A stretch of DNA of 64,000 bases from a virus (Duplodnaviria; Caudoviricetes), in the IMG/VR virus record IMGVR_UViG_3300039431_000490, positions 4,498 through 68,497 of that record; one strand, given 5' to 3'. Positions 1 to 10,138 of this stretch are shown in pieces. Position 1 is the first letter of the stretch; the number at the start of each line of letters is the position of its first letter. Under the pieces are notes generated by a model, which did no database searches, was not told the DNA's origin, and saw only the letters and a list, made by a program, of their open reading frames with translations. Both the position numbers and the translations under genes were made by a program.

Positions 1-2
1 GA

Positions 3-296
3 GCAAATATCAAAACTGTAGGTGGAGTAGTCGGAACTTCAGGAATAGTTAGATTATCCGAAATAGCATTATCCAGACCAGTAATAATAGCAGAATCATG
101 TGCCAGTCAAACTGCTTTAAAGAATCTTGCTAAAGTCGGTGCTACTGAAGAAGAGCTTAATTCTTATAAGAAATCTTTAAAGGAAGCTTTAGGTACTTAT
201 AAGTGGGCATACCAGTATATACCAGCAATAGTAGGTGGAATTAAAACACTTGCTGGTGGTGGTATGGTTTATGCTGGAGTCAAGAAAAATAAATAA
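3..296 (+). CDS. 5'-truncated Gly/Ala/Lys-rich protein, probably of the same putative head-internal cluster
   Basis: Frame 3 is open from the window edge to TAA at 294-296 (my translation ...PAIVGGIKTLAGGGMVYAGVKKNK). The hydrophobic Gly-rich segment and basic tail resemble neighbouring ORFs. Confidence 0.7.
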   Translation, partial: ANIKTVGGVVGTSGIVRLSEIALSRPVIIAESCASQTALKNLAKVGATEEELNSYKKSLKEALGTYKWAYQYIPAIVGGIKTLAGGGMVYAGVKKNK

Positions 297-308
297 AATT
301 AAGTAACT

Positions 309-605
309 ATGATATATTTCGATCAAGAAACTCGAGCATTTACTGGAGGAGCTACATTAACTAAGGAAGCTTTCGGTAATCATAAACTATCTGGTACTAA
401 ATTAGCTGATCAATATTCGAAAAATAGAGCACTTGCACTTAAAGGTCGTACTGCAAGTCAGTTAATTAAAATGCGTAATCCTCAAATAAGTGGATATAAT
501 ATAACTGATAGTAGAAAAGCATTTATTAACTCTGCTTTAGCTAAAAGAAATTCAAATCTAACTAAATTAGGTATTCCGATGCCTTCAAATGCAACTAAGA
601 TATAA
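309..605 (+). CDS. Small basic protein with shared leader MIYFDQETRAF (putative head-internal protein)
   Basis: ORF track; leader nearly identical to those of ORFs at 3196, 3651 and 4146. Confidence 0.7.
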   Translation: MIYFDQETRAFTGGATLTKEAFGNHKLSGTKLADQYSKNRALALKGRTASQLIKMRNPQISGYNITDSRKAFINSALAKRNSNLTKLGIPMPSNATKI

Positions 606-737
606 TCATACTCCCTCTTAATTGAGGGAATATGATCCAACTGAGCCCTATTCTCAGTAACTGGGTAAAGGTCCGGAAGTCATGAGCCGGACCTCCAGTT
701 TTAAGTAATAGGGTAATATAATTAATAGGGTAATTAT

Positions 738-1745
738 ATGAAAACTATAAGAATCAATGAAATTGATCTAATCTCCTATAGTGAGATTAATTTAAGAAAA
801 TTATTTACTAAAAGTAACTTAGATTATGTAAATTTCTGGCAAGAATATGTAATCTATTGCATACATAATGATGTAAATGATAAATCTTATATAGGTCAAG
901 CTAAAGATTTCTTCGGTAGATTCTTATTTGATGGAGAGTTAAGTCATTTCAATGGATACTTAGATCATAGAATAAATGAAGGTGGATATATCTTATATAA
1001 AGCATTAGATAAGTATAAATCCAGATCATTTACAGTACATATAATAGATGAAGCTAATTCAGATCAAGAACTTAATCAAAAAGAAAAATATTGGATTGAA
1101 AAGCTTCATACTTGTATATATGATCCAGTATGTTGGGGATATAATATGACTTGGGGAGGAGATGACTGTAGTCAACTTCATAGTGATAAAGCTTGGAAAT
1201 CGAGAGCTGTGAAAGGTAATGGTGATGTAGCTTATATGCTACATACTCCTGAAGCAAGAATTAAAGCTGAACAGACTTGTATTTCTAGATATGGAATGAC
1301 TAGTCAGGATTTAATGAATTTACCAGAAGTAGCATCGAAAGCTATAAGAAAGTCATTAGATACTAGATCAAAATTATATGGAGATAATGGAGCTGGAGCC
1401 ATGAATACTACTGAAGTTTGGAAAGCTAAAGCTTTAGCTTGGGGTGGAGATGTTATGGGTCCATGTCATACTGAGGAAGCTATTAATAAAAGAGTTGCTT
1501 CTAGAGTATTAGGTAATATACTATCATATATAGATTGGCTGCACTCTGAAGGAGCTCCTAATAATATTACTTTTGAAATTTATTGGAATTGGGCTGACGG
1601 TAAGTGGAGTGATTCCAATTTTTTAGGCCATCTCAAAAGTATATTGAAATATTTGGAGATTATGAGGTTGGATCATCGATGGACCGCAGAGTTAGATAGT
1701 ATATTTAGTGAATTAGAGTTAAATAAAGATAAATATTTAGTATGA
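738..1745 (+). CDS. Free-standing GIY-YIG homing endonuclease (Seg-like)
   Basis: VIYCIHN...SYIGQA (GIY-YIG variant), conserved R, 'ELNQKEKYWIEK' Glu helix and 'GYNMTWGG' motif; C-terminal HT.E..K repeats resemble DNA-binding modules. Confidence 0.9.
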   Translation: MKTIRINEIDLISYSEINLRKLFTKSNLDYVNFWQEYVIYCIHNDVNDKSYIGQAKDFFGRFLFDGELSHFNGYLDHRINEGGYILYKALDKYKSRSFTVHIIDEANSDQELNQKEKYWIEKLHTCIYDPVCWGYNMTWGGDDCSQLHSDKAWKSRAVKGNGDVAYMLHTPEARIKAEQTCISRYGMTSQDLMNLPEVASKAIRKSLDTRSKLYGDNGAGAMNTTEVWKAKALAWGGDVMGPCHTEEAINKRVASRVLGNILSYIDWLHSEGAPNNITFEIYWNWADGKWSDSNFLGHLKSILKYLEIMRLDHRWTAELDSIFSELELNKDKYLV

Positions 1746-3193
1746 GTCAGATCAGATTTTCTTTAGGATTATTTGATACTACTAGTTTAGCTGCAGATGG
1801 ATCAAATATTCCAAGAAGATCATGTGAGGAATATTTACAGTCAGCTAAATATAAAGAAATGATGAGGAATAAAACTGCCATAGGCGGTTTAACTCATAAA
1901 GATAGGAAATTAAGACCTGAGTTGAAAGGTATAGTTGGAATGGATGATCAACAGATTATCAATGAAAATGCCTTATTTTATATAACCAGACTTTATTTCA
2001 AAGAAGGTAGTAATTTTCTATATGCTGACTGCGAAACTTTCGATCCGGATTTATTTGCAGGTAAACGACGTGAAAATATCTTAAATTTACAAGGTCAACT
2101 ACTATCTGGAGTACGGATGGCAGTATCTGTTGTTATTCAAGCTTTATGGTCTAAACGTGGAGTTGCTGAGAAAATTATTGCTATTAAAGGTGCTGATTTT
2201 ACTCAAAATCCTTCATTTAAGGGAGCTGGAATGACAGGAGATATTAAAGTGTTTTCAGAGATTCTAGATGATAAGTATTCAGATGAAGAGATTAAATCTT
2301 TTAGCAATACTGAATATGATCTAGTGACTAAAGCTTATAATCTGGAGTCCGAGATAAAAGTATATTCTGAAGGCGAACCCCTCTTCGAAGGAATTTTAAA
2401 GGCTTATCCAGATCAAAAAGAGTTCTCATATAATGAAATAGTGAGATTCTATGGTCAAGGAAGTGAACAAGAAAAAGATGTTCGAGATAAACAAGGTTAT
2501 TATGTAACTCGCGATAAATTGGCTGAAGCTAAAACTAATCGAGGTGAGTTACCAGATGAAGATCCTCTATATAAGCAGATACAAGAATATGTAGATGCTG
2601 ATGATAGAGAATCTCTACAGTTAGCTTTCAAGTCAAATCGCAATACAATCCAAAATCTTGTAAACGCAGTTCCTAAAGATGATCCTAATCGTGAAGAACT
2701 AATTAAAAGTAAGATTGCTGAATTCCTAGAGAATAATCCAAATAAAGAATATTCTCAAGCATCTACAGTTGCTGAAAGAATCCGTACACAGGAGCAACCT
2801 AGATATACTAAATTTGCTAGAACAATTAAAGTTTATAAACAATACTGGACTGCAAATAAGCTTTCTGATCTTCAGAAATATCAATGTAAGATGTTATTCT
2901 TACAAGATATCAATATGATGATCAAAGAAGTTCTTCCATTAGTAAAGAAAGGTCAGACATTTAACTCACTGTATGGATTAAATCAGTATGGAGCTGAGAT
3001 AAAAGCTTCTGCTCTTACATTATCTAACTCATATCGAAAACTGCTGATTGCAGAAGGTATGATGAATTTTGTACCGAAAGGTATATATGGAGAGTGGGTA
3101 ATCGATATCAGTGATTTCTATCAAAAACTTCTCCAATTTACTTTTGGTGAGCAACTTTCAGAAATTCAAATTAATTTGATTAATTTAAAATAA
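1742..3193 (+). CDS. Prohead (head maturation) protease, T4 gp21/HK97-type fold, with long C-terminal extension
   Basis: 'AIGGLTH' (His), 'SGVRMAVS' (Ser) and 'ADFTQNPSFKGA' (Asp/Pro-Ser) align in order and spacing with the gp21-like LGELNHP / GVSSRG / D.V..PS motifs. Confidence 0.75.
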   Translation: MSQIRFSLGLFDTTSLAADGSNIPRRSCEEYLQSAKYKEMMRNKTAIGGLTHKDRKLRPELKGIVGMDDQQIINENALFYITRLYFKEGSNFLYADCETFDPDLFAGKRRENILNLQGQLLSGVRMAVSVVIQALWSKRGVAEKIIAIKGADFTQNPSFKGAGMTGDIKVFSEILDDKYSDEEIKSFSNTEYDLVTKAYNLESEIKVYSEGEPLFEGILKAYPDQKEFSYNEIVRFYGQGSEQEKDVRDKQGYYVTRDKLAEAKTNRGELPDEDPLYKQIQEYVDADDRESLQLAFKSNRNTIQNLVNAVPKDDPNREELIKSKIAEFLENNPNKEYSQASTVAERIRTQEQPRYTKFARTIKVYKQYWTANKLSDLQKYQCKMLFLQDINMMIKEVLPLVKKGQTFNSLYGLNQYGAEIKASALTLSNSYRKLLIAEGMMNFVPKGIYGEWVIDISDFYQKLLQFTFGEQLSEIQINLINLK

Positions 3194-3195
3194 TT

Positions 3196-3648
3196 ATGAT
3201 ACAGTTTGATCAAGAAACTAGACAGTTTTCAGCAGAAAGTGTCTACAAAAAATATAATAAGAAATATAAGAAATTACGGGATCAAGGTCATAGTCATGAA
3301 TTAGCTATTAAAAAACTTAATAAGCAAGCTAATGCTAAATCTATGATCGGTGCAGCAGTTTCTGGATCTGCTATTGGATGGGGATTAAGTAAACAAAGTG
3401 TAGCTGATACTCAAAGAGCTGAATTAAGAGGTATTAATAAAGGATTAGCTTCAGTTGGAAAACCTAATGCTAAAGTACGAATTAATGGTAATATACTAAG
3501 TAATCCTGATAAATATTTTGAAAAGAAATCAAATAGAGGAGGGATGTTAGCTCTAGCTGGATCAATTACTGCAATTGGTTCAGCTGCACGAAGTGCTAAT
3601 CGTATCAAAGCTATTAAGAGAATCGATAAAGAAAATAAAGATAAATAA
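3196..3648 (+). CDS. Basic Gly/Ala-rich protein with leader MIQFDQETRQFS (putative head-internal/ejected protein)
   Basis: ORF track; shared leader; two Gly-zipper-like hydrophobic stretches. Confidence 0.7.
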   Translation: MIQFDQETRQFSAESVYKKYNKKYKKLRDQGHSHELAIKKLNKQANAKSMIGAAVSGSAIGWGLSKQSVADTQRAELRGINKGLASVGKPNAKVRINGNILSNPDKYFEKKSNRGGMLALAGSITAIGSAARSANRIKAIKRIDKENKDK

Positions 3649-3650
3649 TT

Positions 3651-4121
3651 ATGATATATTTTGATCAAGAAACTAGGCAGTTTTCTTTGACAGATGGATT
3701 AAAGAATGCTAGTGCAGCGATCGGTCATGCAGCTAGAACTTCTACTGAAAGACAGTGGGAAGTAGCAGGAGCTGCCGGTCGAGTTGCATTAGGACTGGCT
3801 CAGCGTAAACAACTTCAGAAGAAATACGAAGAGCAAGGAATGGATCCAAATAAGGCTGCTAAGAAAGCTAAGAAAGAATCAGGCTCGGTCGTAAAGAATG
3901 CTCTTAAAGGTGGAGCAGAAGGATGGGCAGCTCGTAAAGCTGGACGTATTATGGGTCTTAATGCCACTTCTGAAGATCAACTAAAGATGGCTAATCGTGA
4001 AAGTAAATCACTTGATACTAAGTTAAGAGCTGCACGAGTAAATGCCAAAAATATGGAAATGGCAAATAAGATTAAAGCTGCTAATAAGCTTAAAGAAAAG
4101 CAATTAAAAAGTTTAAAATAA
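3651..4121 (+). CDS. Basic Ala/Lys-rich protein with leader MIYFDQETRQFS
   Basis: ORF track; shared leader. Confidence 0.7.
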   Translation: MIYFDQETRQFSLTDGLKNASAAIGHAARTSTERQWEVAGAAGRVALGLAQRKQLQKKYEEQGMDPNKAAKKAKKESGSVVKNALKGGAEGWAARKAGRIMGLNATSEDQLKMANRESKSLDTKLRAARVNAKNMEMANKIKAANKLKEKQLKSLK

Positions 4122-4145
4122 TAATCTATAACTAGTTATAAAATT

Positions 4146-4613
4146 ATGATTTCAGGTATTTATTTTAATGAGCAAACTCGTAGTTTTGCTTTAATTAATG
4201 GTGAGGGAGTATCATCTTCTGATATCCGTAACTCAGAAGAGTATAAAAATCTTCGTAAATCAGGTAAAAGCGTTAGAGAGGCATATGATACGGTAGTCAA
4301 TAAGTTGACTGCAGCTTCTAAAGCTAAGGATGCAGCTAAACTTCAAAAACATCTAGATGGTGTGCGAAATCCTGGTAAGAGAGTTGCTGCGATTAAGAAT
4401 GCAGAAATTGCAAACCTAACAAAACAGAATCAAGCTCTCACTGCTACTAATGCTTTACAAGCTGCTAAATTAGCTAAGTATAATAAGAATATGAAGACTG
4501 CTGGTATCGCTGCCGCTGGTACACTTGCAGTTGGTGGAGCTGCTCTCGCTGCTAAGAAGATCATTGATAAGCGTAAAGCTGATAAAGCTGCTGCTGAGAA
4601 AAAGAATGCTTAA
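4146..4613 (+). CDS. Basic Ala/Lys-rich protein with leader MISGIYFNEQTRSFA
   Basis: ORF track; leader variant; C-terminal hydrophobic helix AGIAAAGTLAVGGAALAA plus Lys tail. Confidence 0.7.
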   Translation: MISGIYFNEQTRSFALINGEGVSSSDIRNSEEYKNLRKSGKSVREAYDTVVNKLTAASKAKDAAKLQKHLDGVRNPGKRVAAIKNAEIANLTKQNQALTATNALQAAKLAKYNKNMKTAGIAAAGTLAVGGAALAAKKIIDKRKADKAAAEKKNA

Positions 4614-4668
4614 TTCTATAACTGTCGAGTGGATTGATTTCCACTCTTCAGTCTAATTATATACGAAA

Positions 4669-5511
4669 ATGACTGAAACTTTTAGTGAGATTAGAAATTA
4701 TAGGAACTCTGATTTTAAATCACTTAAAAATAAGCAGGTAATCAATTATTTAAATAAATTATCTAGAAAAGGTGATAAGGTAGTAAGAGTATCAACTAAG
4801 GGTAATTTTATTAAAATTGATAGTGATTTAAAACATTATAGAAATAGTATTAGTCAGTTAGGTGAAATAAATAATTTAACTGGATTTGCATTAGTAAATC
4901 GTAGAGGTGAAAAACCAATATTTTTAGACACGTCTAAACATAATCTAAATCCAGTAAAAAGATCAAATTATCATAAGTCACCTAAAACTGCTAATAAATC
5001 CCATCCAGCTACAATTTCAGGTCCGAGTTATAAAGGACACAAACAGTCTGGATTACTTACTTATAATAATCTTACTGGAGGTATAAATAACCAAAGTTAT
5101 CAACCTACTACTAAAATGACTAATAATAATCTAGTTTCATATACTAAACAATTTGCATATTCTAAGATTGGAAATGCATTATCAACATCTAAAGCTTGGA
5201 TAAATTATGGTGCAGATAAATTTGCACGTAATTCTGAAAGTATAGCTCATGCTGCTGGTAATGCTGGAATGATTTTAGGAGCAGTTGGTGGAACCATGGG
5301 AATTGCAGCTTCATTAAGAAATGACCAATTTAATGTGGTATTTAAACTTAATGGAAAAGTATTTAATCCAACTGTTAGAGCTAAATCACCAAATGATGCA
5401 GTTACTAAAGTAAAAGCTAAACATCCAGGAGGTGAACACTATCGTGCATTCAGAATGCCTCATCAAGATGAAGCAGCACAAGATTACAAAGAAGCTTTAG
5501 AAAATGCGTAG
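4669..5511 (+). CDS. Basic hypothetical protein; possible internal start at 5116 (MTNNNLVSYTKQFA)
   Basis: ORF track; internal LVSYTKQFA matches the start of ORF 6525 (LVQYTKNFT); Gly-zipper segment follows. Confidence 0.65.
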   Translation: MTETFSEIRNYRNSDFKSLKNKQVINYLNKLSRKGDKVVRVSTKGNFIKIDSDLKHYRNSISQLGEINNLTGFALVNRRGEKPIFLDTSKHNLNPVKRSNYHKSPKTANKSHPATISGPSYKGHKQSGLLTYNNLTGGINNQSYQPTTKMTNNNLVSYTKQFAYSKIGNALSTSKAWINYGADKFARNSESIAHAAGNAGMILGAVGGTMGIAASLRNDQFNVVFKLNGKVFNPTVRAKSPNDAVTKVKAKHPGGEHYRAFRMPHQDEAAQDYKEALENA

Positions 5512-6532
5512 TCAAATTATAGGTGGAGTATCTGGTGGATTCTTAGGTGGAATTACTGGGATATTATCACAAAGGAATTATGAAGATAAGCTGCGACTGG
5601 AACATCCGGATTGGGATGAACGTCAAATCCGTAAAGCAGTTAATATCAGAAAAATCAAGGCTGCAGCTATAGGTTCAGTTACTGGAGGAGGTTTAGGGGT
5701 TGCTGGAGGATATGGATATAATCAACTACCAGCTACATCTAGAAAAGTACCATTCGGAGTAAAGTTCAAGTCTCCAGTTCAGTCAACTAAAAATAGCTTA
5801 CAAAGGAATTCTTCTAATTTAGCTAAAAAGACTGGAACAGTAGATCATGATATTGAATCAAGACTTCCTAATACCAGAGATAATCATCCACGTCCAGAAA
5901 GACGTCCATATTTAGGTAAAGGTAGATCTGAAGCTTATCAACGTCAAGCTGAGGTAGTTTATAATGCTAAAGAACGTTATAAGTCAATGGCTGAATCCGG
6001 AGAGTATACTATTAATAGTCCAGAATTAACTGAAGCTAAGAGAGTCGCTGACCTTGAATATAAGAGATTGAGAGCTATGCCTGAATTTGAAGGCACTAGA
6101 GATAGACTGATAGTGCATCCAAAATATAAACAGGGTCCATCTCAGATTGAGAAATTTAATCAGAGATTTAATAGATCTAGACTAACTCAGGTATCTCAAC
6201 CTAAATCAACTAATCCAAAGGATCCTAAAGATCCTGGAAACGGATCACTAGGATTCGATCCCTCACAATTATTCGGAGGTAACGTTAACGTAAAGAAGTC
6301 CGATATCATAAACTATACAGTTTGGTTCTCATCTTCAGATCGGGTAGTTTGTATGTTTTATGATAAAGGTGAAGGAACTGATCACTTAACTAAACCTTGC
6401 ACCTTAATTGAGGTACCAAAGATTAAACGAGAATTTCAAGATAAAGCTAAACGCAGTCATTGGAGAATCGTTGATTTGGTAGTTGCTCAAGATATGGATG
6501 AGATTGATGATTTAATAGAAGAATATGAGTAG
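5504..6532 (+). CDS. Hypothetical basic protein with N-terminal Gly-zipper segments
   Basis: ORF track; GGVSGGFLGGITG and GSVTGGGLGVAGG motifs. Confidence 0.7.
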   Translation: MRSQIIGGVSGGFLGGITGILSQRNYEDKLRLEHPDWDERQIRKAVNIRKIKAAAIGSVTGGGLGVAGGYGYNQLPATSRKVPFGVKFKSPVQSTKNSLQRNSSNLAKKTGTVDHDIESRLPNTRDNHPRPERRPYLGKGRSEAYQRQAEVVYNAKERYKSMAESGEYTINSPELTEAKRVADLEYKRLRAMPEFEGTRDRLIVHPKYKQGPSQIEKFNQRFNRSRLTQVSQPKSTNPKDPKDPGNGSLGFDPSQLFGGNVNVKKSDIINYTVWFSSSDRVVCMFYDKGEGTDHLTKPCTLIEVPKIKREFQDKAKRSHWRIVDLVVAQDMDEIDDLIEEYE

Positions 6533-6755
6533 CTTAGTTCAATACACGAAAAATTTCACTCGTGAGAAAGTTTCTCAAAGTGATATGAATAAAGCTGAGA
6601 CTTCAGGAGTAGTACAGAAGAAACCTAATGGTAAATGGGGAATCATTTCCAAACAAAAAGGTGAGTGGTGGGATGCAGATTATGAAACTGAAGAAAAGGC
6701 TAATAATGCGCTCAAAGCTTATCATGCAGGTAAATGGTTTCAACCTAAAAAATAA
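6525..6755 (+). CDS. Small hypothetical protein with leader MSSLVQYTKNFT
   Basis: ORF track; overlaps the upstream stop. Confidence 0.7.
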   Translation: MSSLVQYTKNFTREKVSQSDMNKAETSGVVQKKPNGKWGIISKQKGEWWDADYETEEKANNALKAYHAGKWFQPKK

Positions 6756-6804
6756 ATTCACTTTCCCACTTGATTGTGGGTTAGTGACCTAAACTTTATT
6801 GAAC

Positions 6805-7491
6805 ATGTATACATTTCAGGATCCTTTCGCAGCTGATACAGCGAAGTATAAGAAAATGCTTGATGAAGATTCTCAGAGAGAACCTGAAGTCAGAATGAAG
6901 ACTGCGGATGAAATCCTAAGTAATTCGACAGTTCCAGGTTTACCTCCATCGGTATACCGAGCAATAAAAGATCAGCAAGCTAAACTAGATGCTGATAAAG
7001 AAAAGAAAAATAAAGTAGCTCAAGCATTCAATCAATTATTTGAGGATCTTAATCAGAAATATGGTTTAAATGTACATTTTACGTTTGATGATTATAATCA
7101 AACTTTATCGTACATGATTGAACCTACGAATGCCAGAGCAATGGAACTCTATATATCTGATGCCTATTCGAAGTTTAGGGTGATGATGTATGGGCAGTTT
7201 CTTAATAGCCTGGCTTTACTTTCTGCTCAAATTCTTGATCCTGCATACTTACTTTCTGAAAGTATGACTTATGATCAGAAATTGGATACTATGGAGCGAC
7301 TCTTCTCATTTATGAATACAATGGAAGAAATTAATGAGAAGATTCATATTAGTGATGTCCCACTTAAACTAGAGAAACTTACAAGTGATCAACGTCCTAC
7401 TTATAAACTGGATGACCCTCGCGTACGGCAGTTTATGGAGGATACGTTCAATGAAACTAAACAAATTGCTCAAAAACCTGATGAGCAATAA
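6805..7491 (+). CDS. Hypothetical protein (helical)
   Basis: The track starts at TTG 6799; ATG 6805 is preferred. Confidence 0.7.
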   Translation: MYTFQDPFAADTAKYKKMLDEDSQREPEVRMKTADEILSNSTVPGLPPSVYRAIKDQQAKLDADKEKKNKVAQAFNQLFEDLNQKYGLNVHFTFDDYNQTLSYMIEPTNARAMELYISDAYSKFRVMMYGQFLNSLALLSAQILDPAYLLSESMTYDQKLDTMERLFSFMNTMEEINEKIHISDVPLKLEKLTSDQRPTYKLDDPRVRQFMEDTFNETKQIAQKPDEQ

Positions 7492-7574
7492 TTTTTTACT
7501 CGAAGAGTGAACGAAATGTTGAAAACCTTAAAGTTGGGAAAGTTGAAACACAATTTAAATCTATATTGAAAGTT

Positions 7575-9746
7575 ATGGCTACATACGAAAATCTAAAAGT
7601 ATTTGATGATCTTTCTAGCCTTAGAAGATTTCTTGGTAACGCATTTTCTTACCGAGTAGATGATGAAAATGAAAAAATCTACTGGGTAATTGAAAATGAA
7701 GGTGACGAGGAAGTACCTTGTAGTACCTCTGCTTACATTTCATTTGATGTAATGAATGGAAATGTTCCTGGTGCTGGTCAAGTAGGTCCAACAGGACCTC
7801 AGGGACCTCAAGGAGAAAAAGGTGAGAAAGGTGATAAAGGTGAAAAAGGTGAACCTGGTGACGGTCAAGTAGGACCTACAGGTCCTCAGGGACCTCAAGG
7901 TGAACAAGGATCTCAGGGACCTCAAGGTGAAATCGGTCCAACTGGTCCTCAAGGTCCCCAAGGTGAACAAGGTATTCAAGGTATCCAAGGTGAGCAAGGA
8001 CCTCAGGGACCTAAGGGTGAACAAGGATTACAAGGTGAACAAGGCATCCAGGGTCTTCAAGGTGAAGTAGGTCCAGTTGGTCCACAAGGACCTCAAGGTG
8101 AGCAGGGTATACAAGGACCTCAAGGTGAAAAAGGTGAACAGGGAGCTCAGGGTATTCAAGGTGAGAAAGGTGAGAAAGGTGATCCAGGTGAAGGATTCAA
8201 AATTTCTGAGTCTTTCAAATCTGAGGAAGAGATGAGAGCTGCTAACGTAGTAGCTGGTCATTTCTATATTATACTTCCTGATGATAAGTCTGCTGAAGAA
8301 TATGGTTATGTTTACATGTACACTGGCAGTGAGTTTATGTTTATCGTAGATATGTCAGTTGCAGGTGAACAAGGTATTCAAGGACCTAAGGGTGAACCTG
8401 GTGATCCAGGTGTTCAAGGACCTGAAGGACCTCAGGGTATTCAAGGTCCAGAGGGACCTCAGGGACCTAAAGGTGATCCAGGTGAGCAGGGTATCCAAGG
8501 ACCTCAAGGTGAAGTAGGTCCAGTTGGTCCACAAGGACCTCAAGGTGAGCAAGGACCTCAAGGTGAGCAAGGACCTCAAGGAGTTCAAGGTGAACAAGGA
8601 CCTAAAGGTGATCCAGGTGAGCAGGGTATCCAAGGACCTCAAGGTGAACCAGGTCCTGCAGGTATACAAGGACCTCAGGGACTTCAAGGTGAAAAAGGTG
8701 AAAAAGGCGATCCAGGTGAAAAAGGTGAAAAAGGCGATCCAGGTGAGCAAGGTCCAATAGGTCCTCAGGGTCCTGCAGGTCAAGATTACGATGCTGAGAA
8801 ATATGCAGCTCTAGTCGCTCGCGTCGAAGCTCTTGAGGAACTTTATAAAGCAGATCACCCAGTTGAAGTAGATTCTGTTGAATCATTCAAATCCGCTCTT
8901 CAGTCTGGTGAAAAATATATTAAGTTAACTGATGAGTTAGATCTCAGTGAGAGACTTGATGTCACTAAGGATGCAGTAATTACTCTCGACTCTAATATCA
9001 ATGAGTCAGCTCAACTTGGACTTGTTATAAATAATGGTGCTAAAGTAACCATAAAGGGACTTGGTACTATTAGAAATACCGTTGCAGATGGTTATGCTCT
9101 TGCAGTTGCTGGCGGATCTGAATTGACTCTTGATGGTGGAATCAATGTCAAGTCCGATCGAAATATCGGTGCAACAGTATCTAGTAACTCTAAGCTGATC
9201 GTTAATGATGCTAATATGCAATCTCAGGAATGCAATATCTTTGCAGGTTCTAAGAATGCTGAAGTAGAAATTAATGGAGGTACTTTTGAAACTGTAGATA
9301 ATGCAGTAGTCATGGGTAATGGTAATGCTGGCAATGAAGGAAATCACATTGTTATTAATGGTGGTACCTTTAATGGTCACATTACTTCATCTGGTTACAT
9401 CGCTTGTGGTATCTATGTACCAAATAATGATATAGTAGAAGTCAATGGTGGTACCTTCAATATCGAAGGTGGTTGTGGTATCTGCGCACGTGCTGGTCAG
9501 GTAACTGTCGGTAAGGATGCAGTTATTAATACCACTGGAGATACTGTAGGTAAGGTAGGTGACTCAAGAGTCGTTGTACCTTGCTCCGCAGTTGTATTCG
9601 ATGCTGAAGCTGCTTATCCTGGACTTGATGCAGATGCTAAGATCATCATTGAAAATGGTGCTCAGCTTAGCTCTGAAGATAGCCATGGTGCAGTTTATGA
9701 GCTACCAGTCGGTGCCGATCCTTCAAGAATCGTTGATAATCGATAA
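7575..9746 (+). CDS. Collagen-like fibre protein (Pro/Gln/Glu-rich G-X-Y) with C-terminal beta-helix-like domain
   Basis: Two long GPQ/GEQ/GEK blocks; C-terminal repeats of 'V.INGGTF' typical of right-handed beta-helix folds. ATG 7575 is preferred over TTG 7566. Confidence 0.85.
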   Translation: MATYENLKVFDDLSSLRRFLGNAFSYRVDDENEKIYWVIENEGDEEVPCSTSAYISFDVMNGNVPGAGQVGPTGPQGPQGEKGEKGDKGEKGEPGDGQVGPTGPQGPQGEQGSQGPQGEIGPTGPQGPQGEQGIQGIQGEQGPQGPKGEQGLQGEQGIQGLQGEVGPVGPQGPQGEQGIQGPQGEKGEQGAQGIQGEKGEKGDPGEGFKISESFKSEEEMRAANVVAGHFYIILPDDKSAEEYGYVYMYTGSEFMFIVDMSVAGEQGIQGPKGEPGDPGVQGPEGPQGIQGPEGPQGPKGDPGEQGIQGPQGEVGPVGPQGPQGEQGPQGEQGPQGVQGEQGPKGDPGEQGIQGPQGEPGPAGIQGPQGLQGEKGEKGDPGEKGEKGDPGEQGPIGPQGPAGQDYDAEKYAALVARVEALEELYKADHPVEVDSVESFKSALQSGEKYIKLTDELDLSERLDVTKDAVITLDSNINESAQLGLVINNGAKVTIKGLGTIRNTVADGYALAVAGGSELTLDGGINVKSDRNIGATVSSNSKLIVNDANMQSQECNIFAGSKNAEVEINGGTFETVDNAVVMGNGNAGNEGNHIVINGGTFNGHITSSGYIACGIYVPNNDIVEVNGGTFNIEGGCGICARAGQVTVGKDAVINTTGDTVGKVGDSRVVVPCSAVVFDAEAAYPGLDADAKIIIENGAQLSSEDSHGAVYELPVGADPSRIVDNR

Positions 9747-9818
9747 TCTAAATAACTTAGGAGCTCCTAATCGAGCTCTTAAGTTCAACAAACCTTTTTA
9801 TTTTAATATTTTGAAATT

Positions 9819-10127
9819 ATGGCAGAAGTAAAATTTACTCCATTGGAGAAGCTAACAACTGAGGATGTTAAGAAAATGATCATCCACTCAACTCGTAGTT
9901 CTATTCGTCGGGCAGCTGCTATTAAGCCTTTCACAACAGTTCCTGCAACTGATGAGTGCCCTACTCTGACCTACATTCATGAGGTTGATCCTGTGACTAA
10001 AGAAGAGAGCTATTCAATTCATGCACTTTCAGCTGATATTACGAGGTTCCTCCTTCTTCAGCATGTAGAAGATGGCAGTTCATCTGATTCTTCTGATGAT
10101 TCAACCGACAGCTCTGATGATATTTAA
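9819..10127 (+). CDS. Hypothetical protein, paralog of the N-terminus of the next ORF
   Basis: TPLEKLT..IIHSTRSSIRRAAA vs TPLTKLT..ILHSTISSLRRAAA; acidic Ser/Asp tail. Confidence 0.75.
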   Translation: MAEVKFTPLEKLTTEDVKKMIIHSTRSSIRRAAAIKPFTTVPATDECPTLTYIHEVDPVTKEESYSIHALSADITRFLLLQHVEDGSSSDSSDDSTDSSDDI

Positions 10128-10138
10128 TATCTGAGTTT

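Noticed and set aside
669-694. AGGTCCGGAAG resembles bacterial SRP RNA helix 8
   Set aside because: It lacks the following GAAGCAGC and symmetric loop; the match is fully explained by a simple hairpin.
606-1745. Group I intron enclosing the GIY-YIG gene
   Set aside because: No P/Q/R/S core motifs were found, and the flanking ORFs are complete and unrelated; the endonuclease overlaps the next start codon.
7740-8886. Several antisense and alternate-frame ORFs over collagen-like genes (also 11381-13381, 15646-18010, 24801-26740, 31796-32086)
   Set aside because: These are by-products of G-X-Y codon periodicity, which removes stops in other frames. The translations are low-complexity (TLRS, SSS) with no start context.
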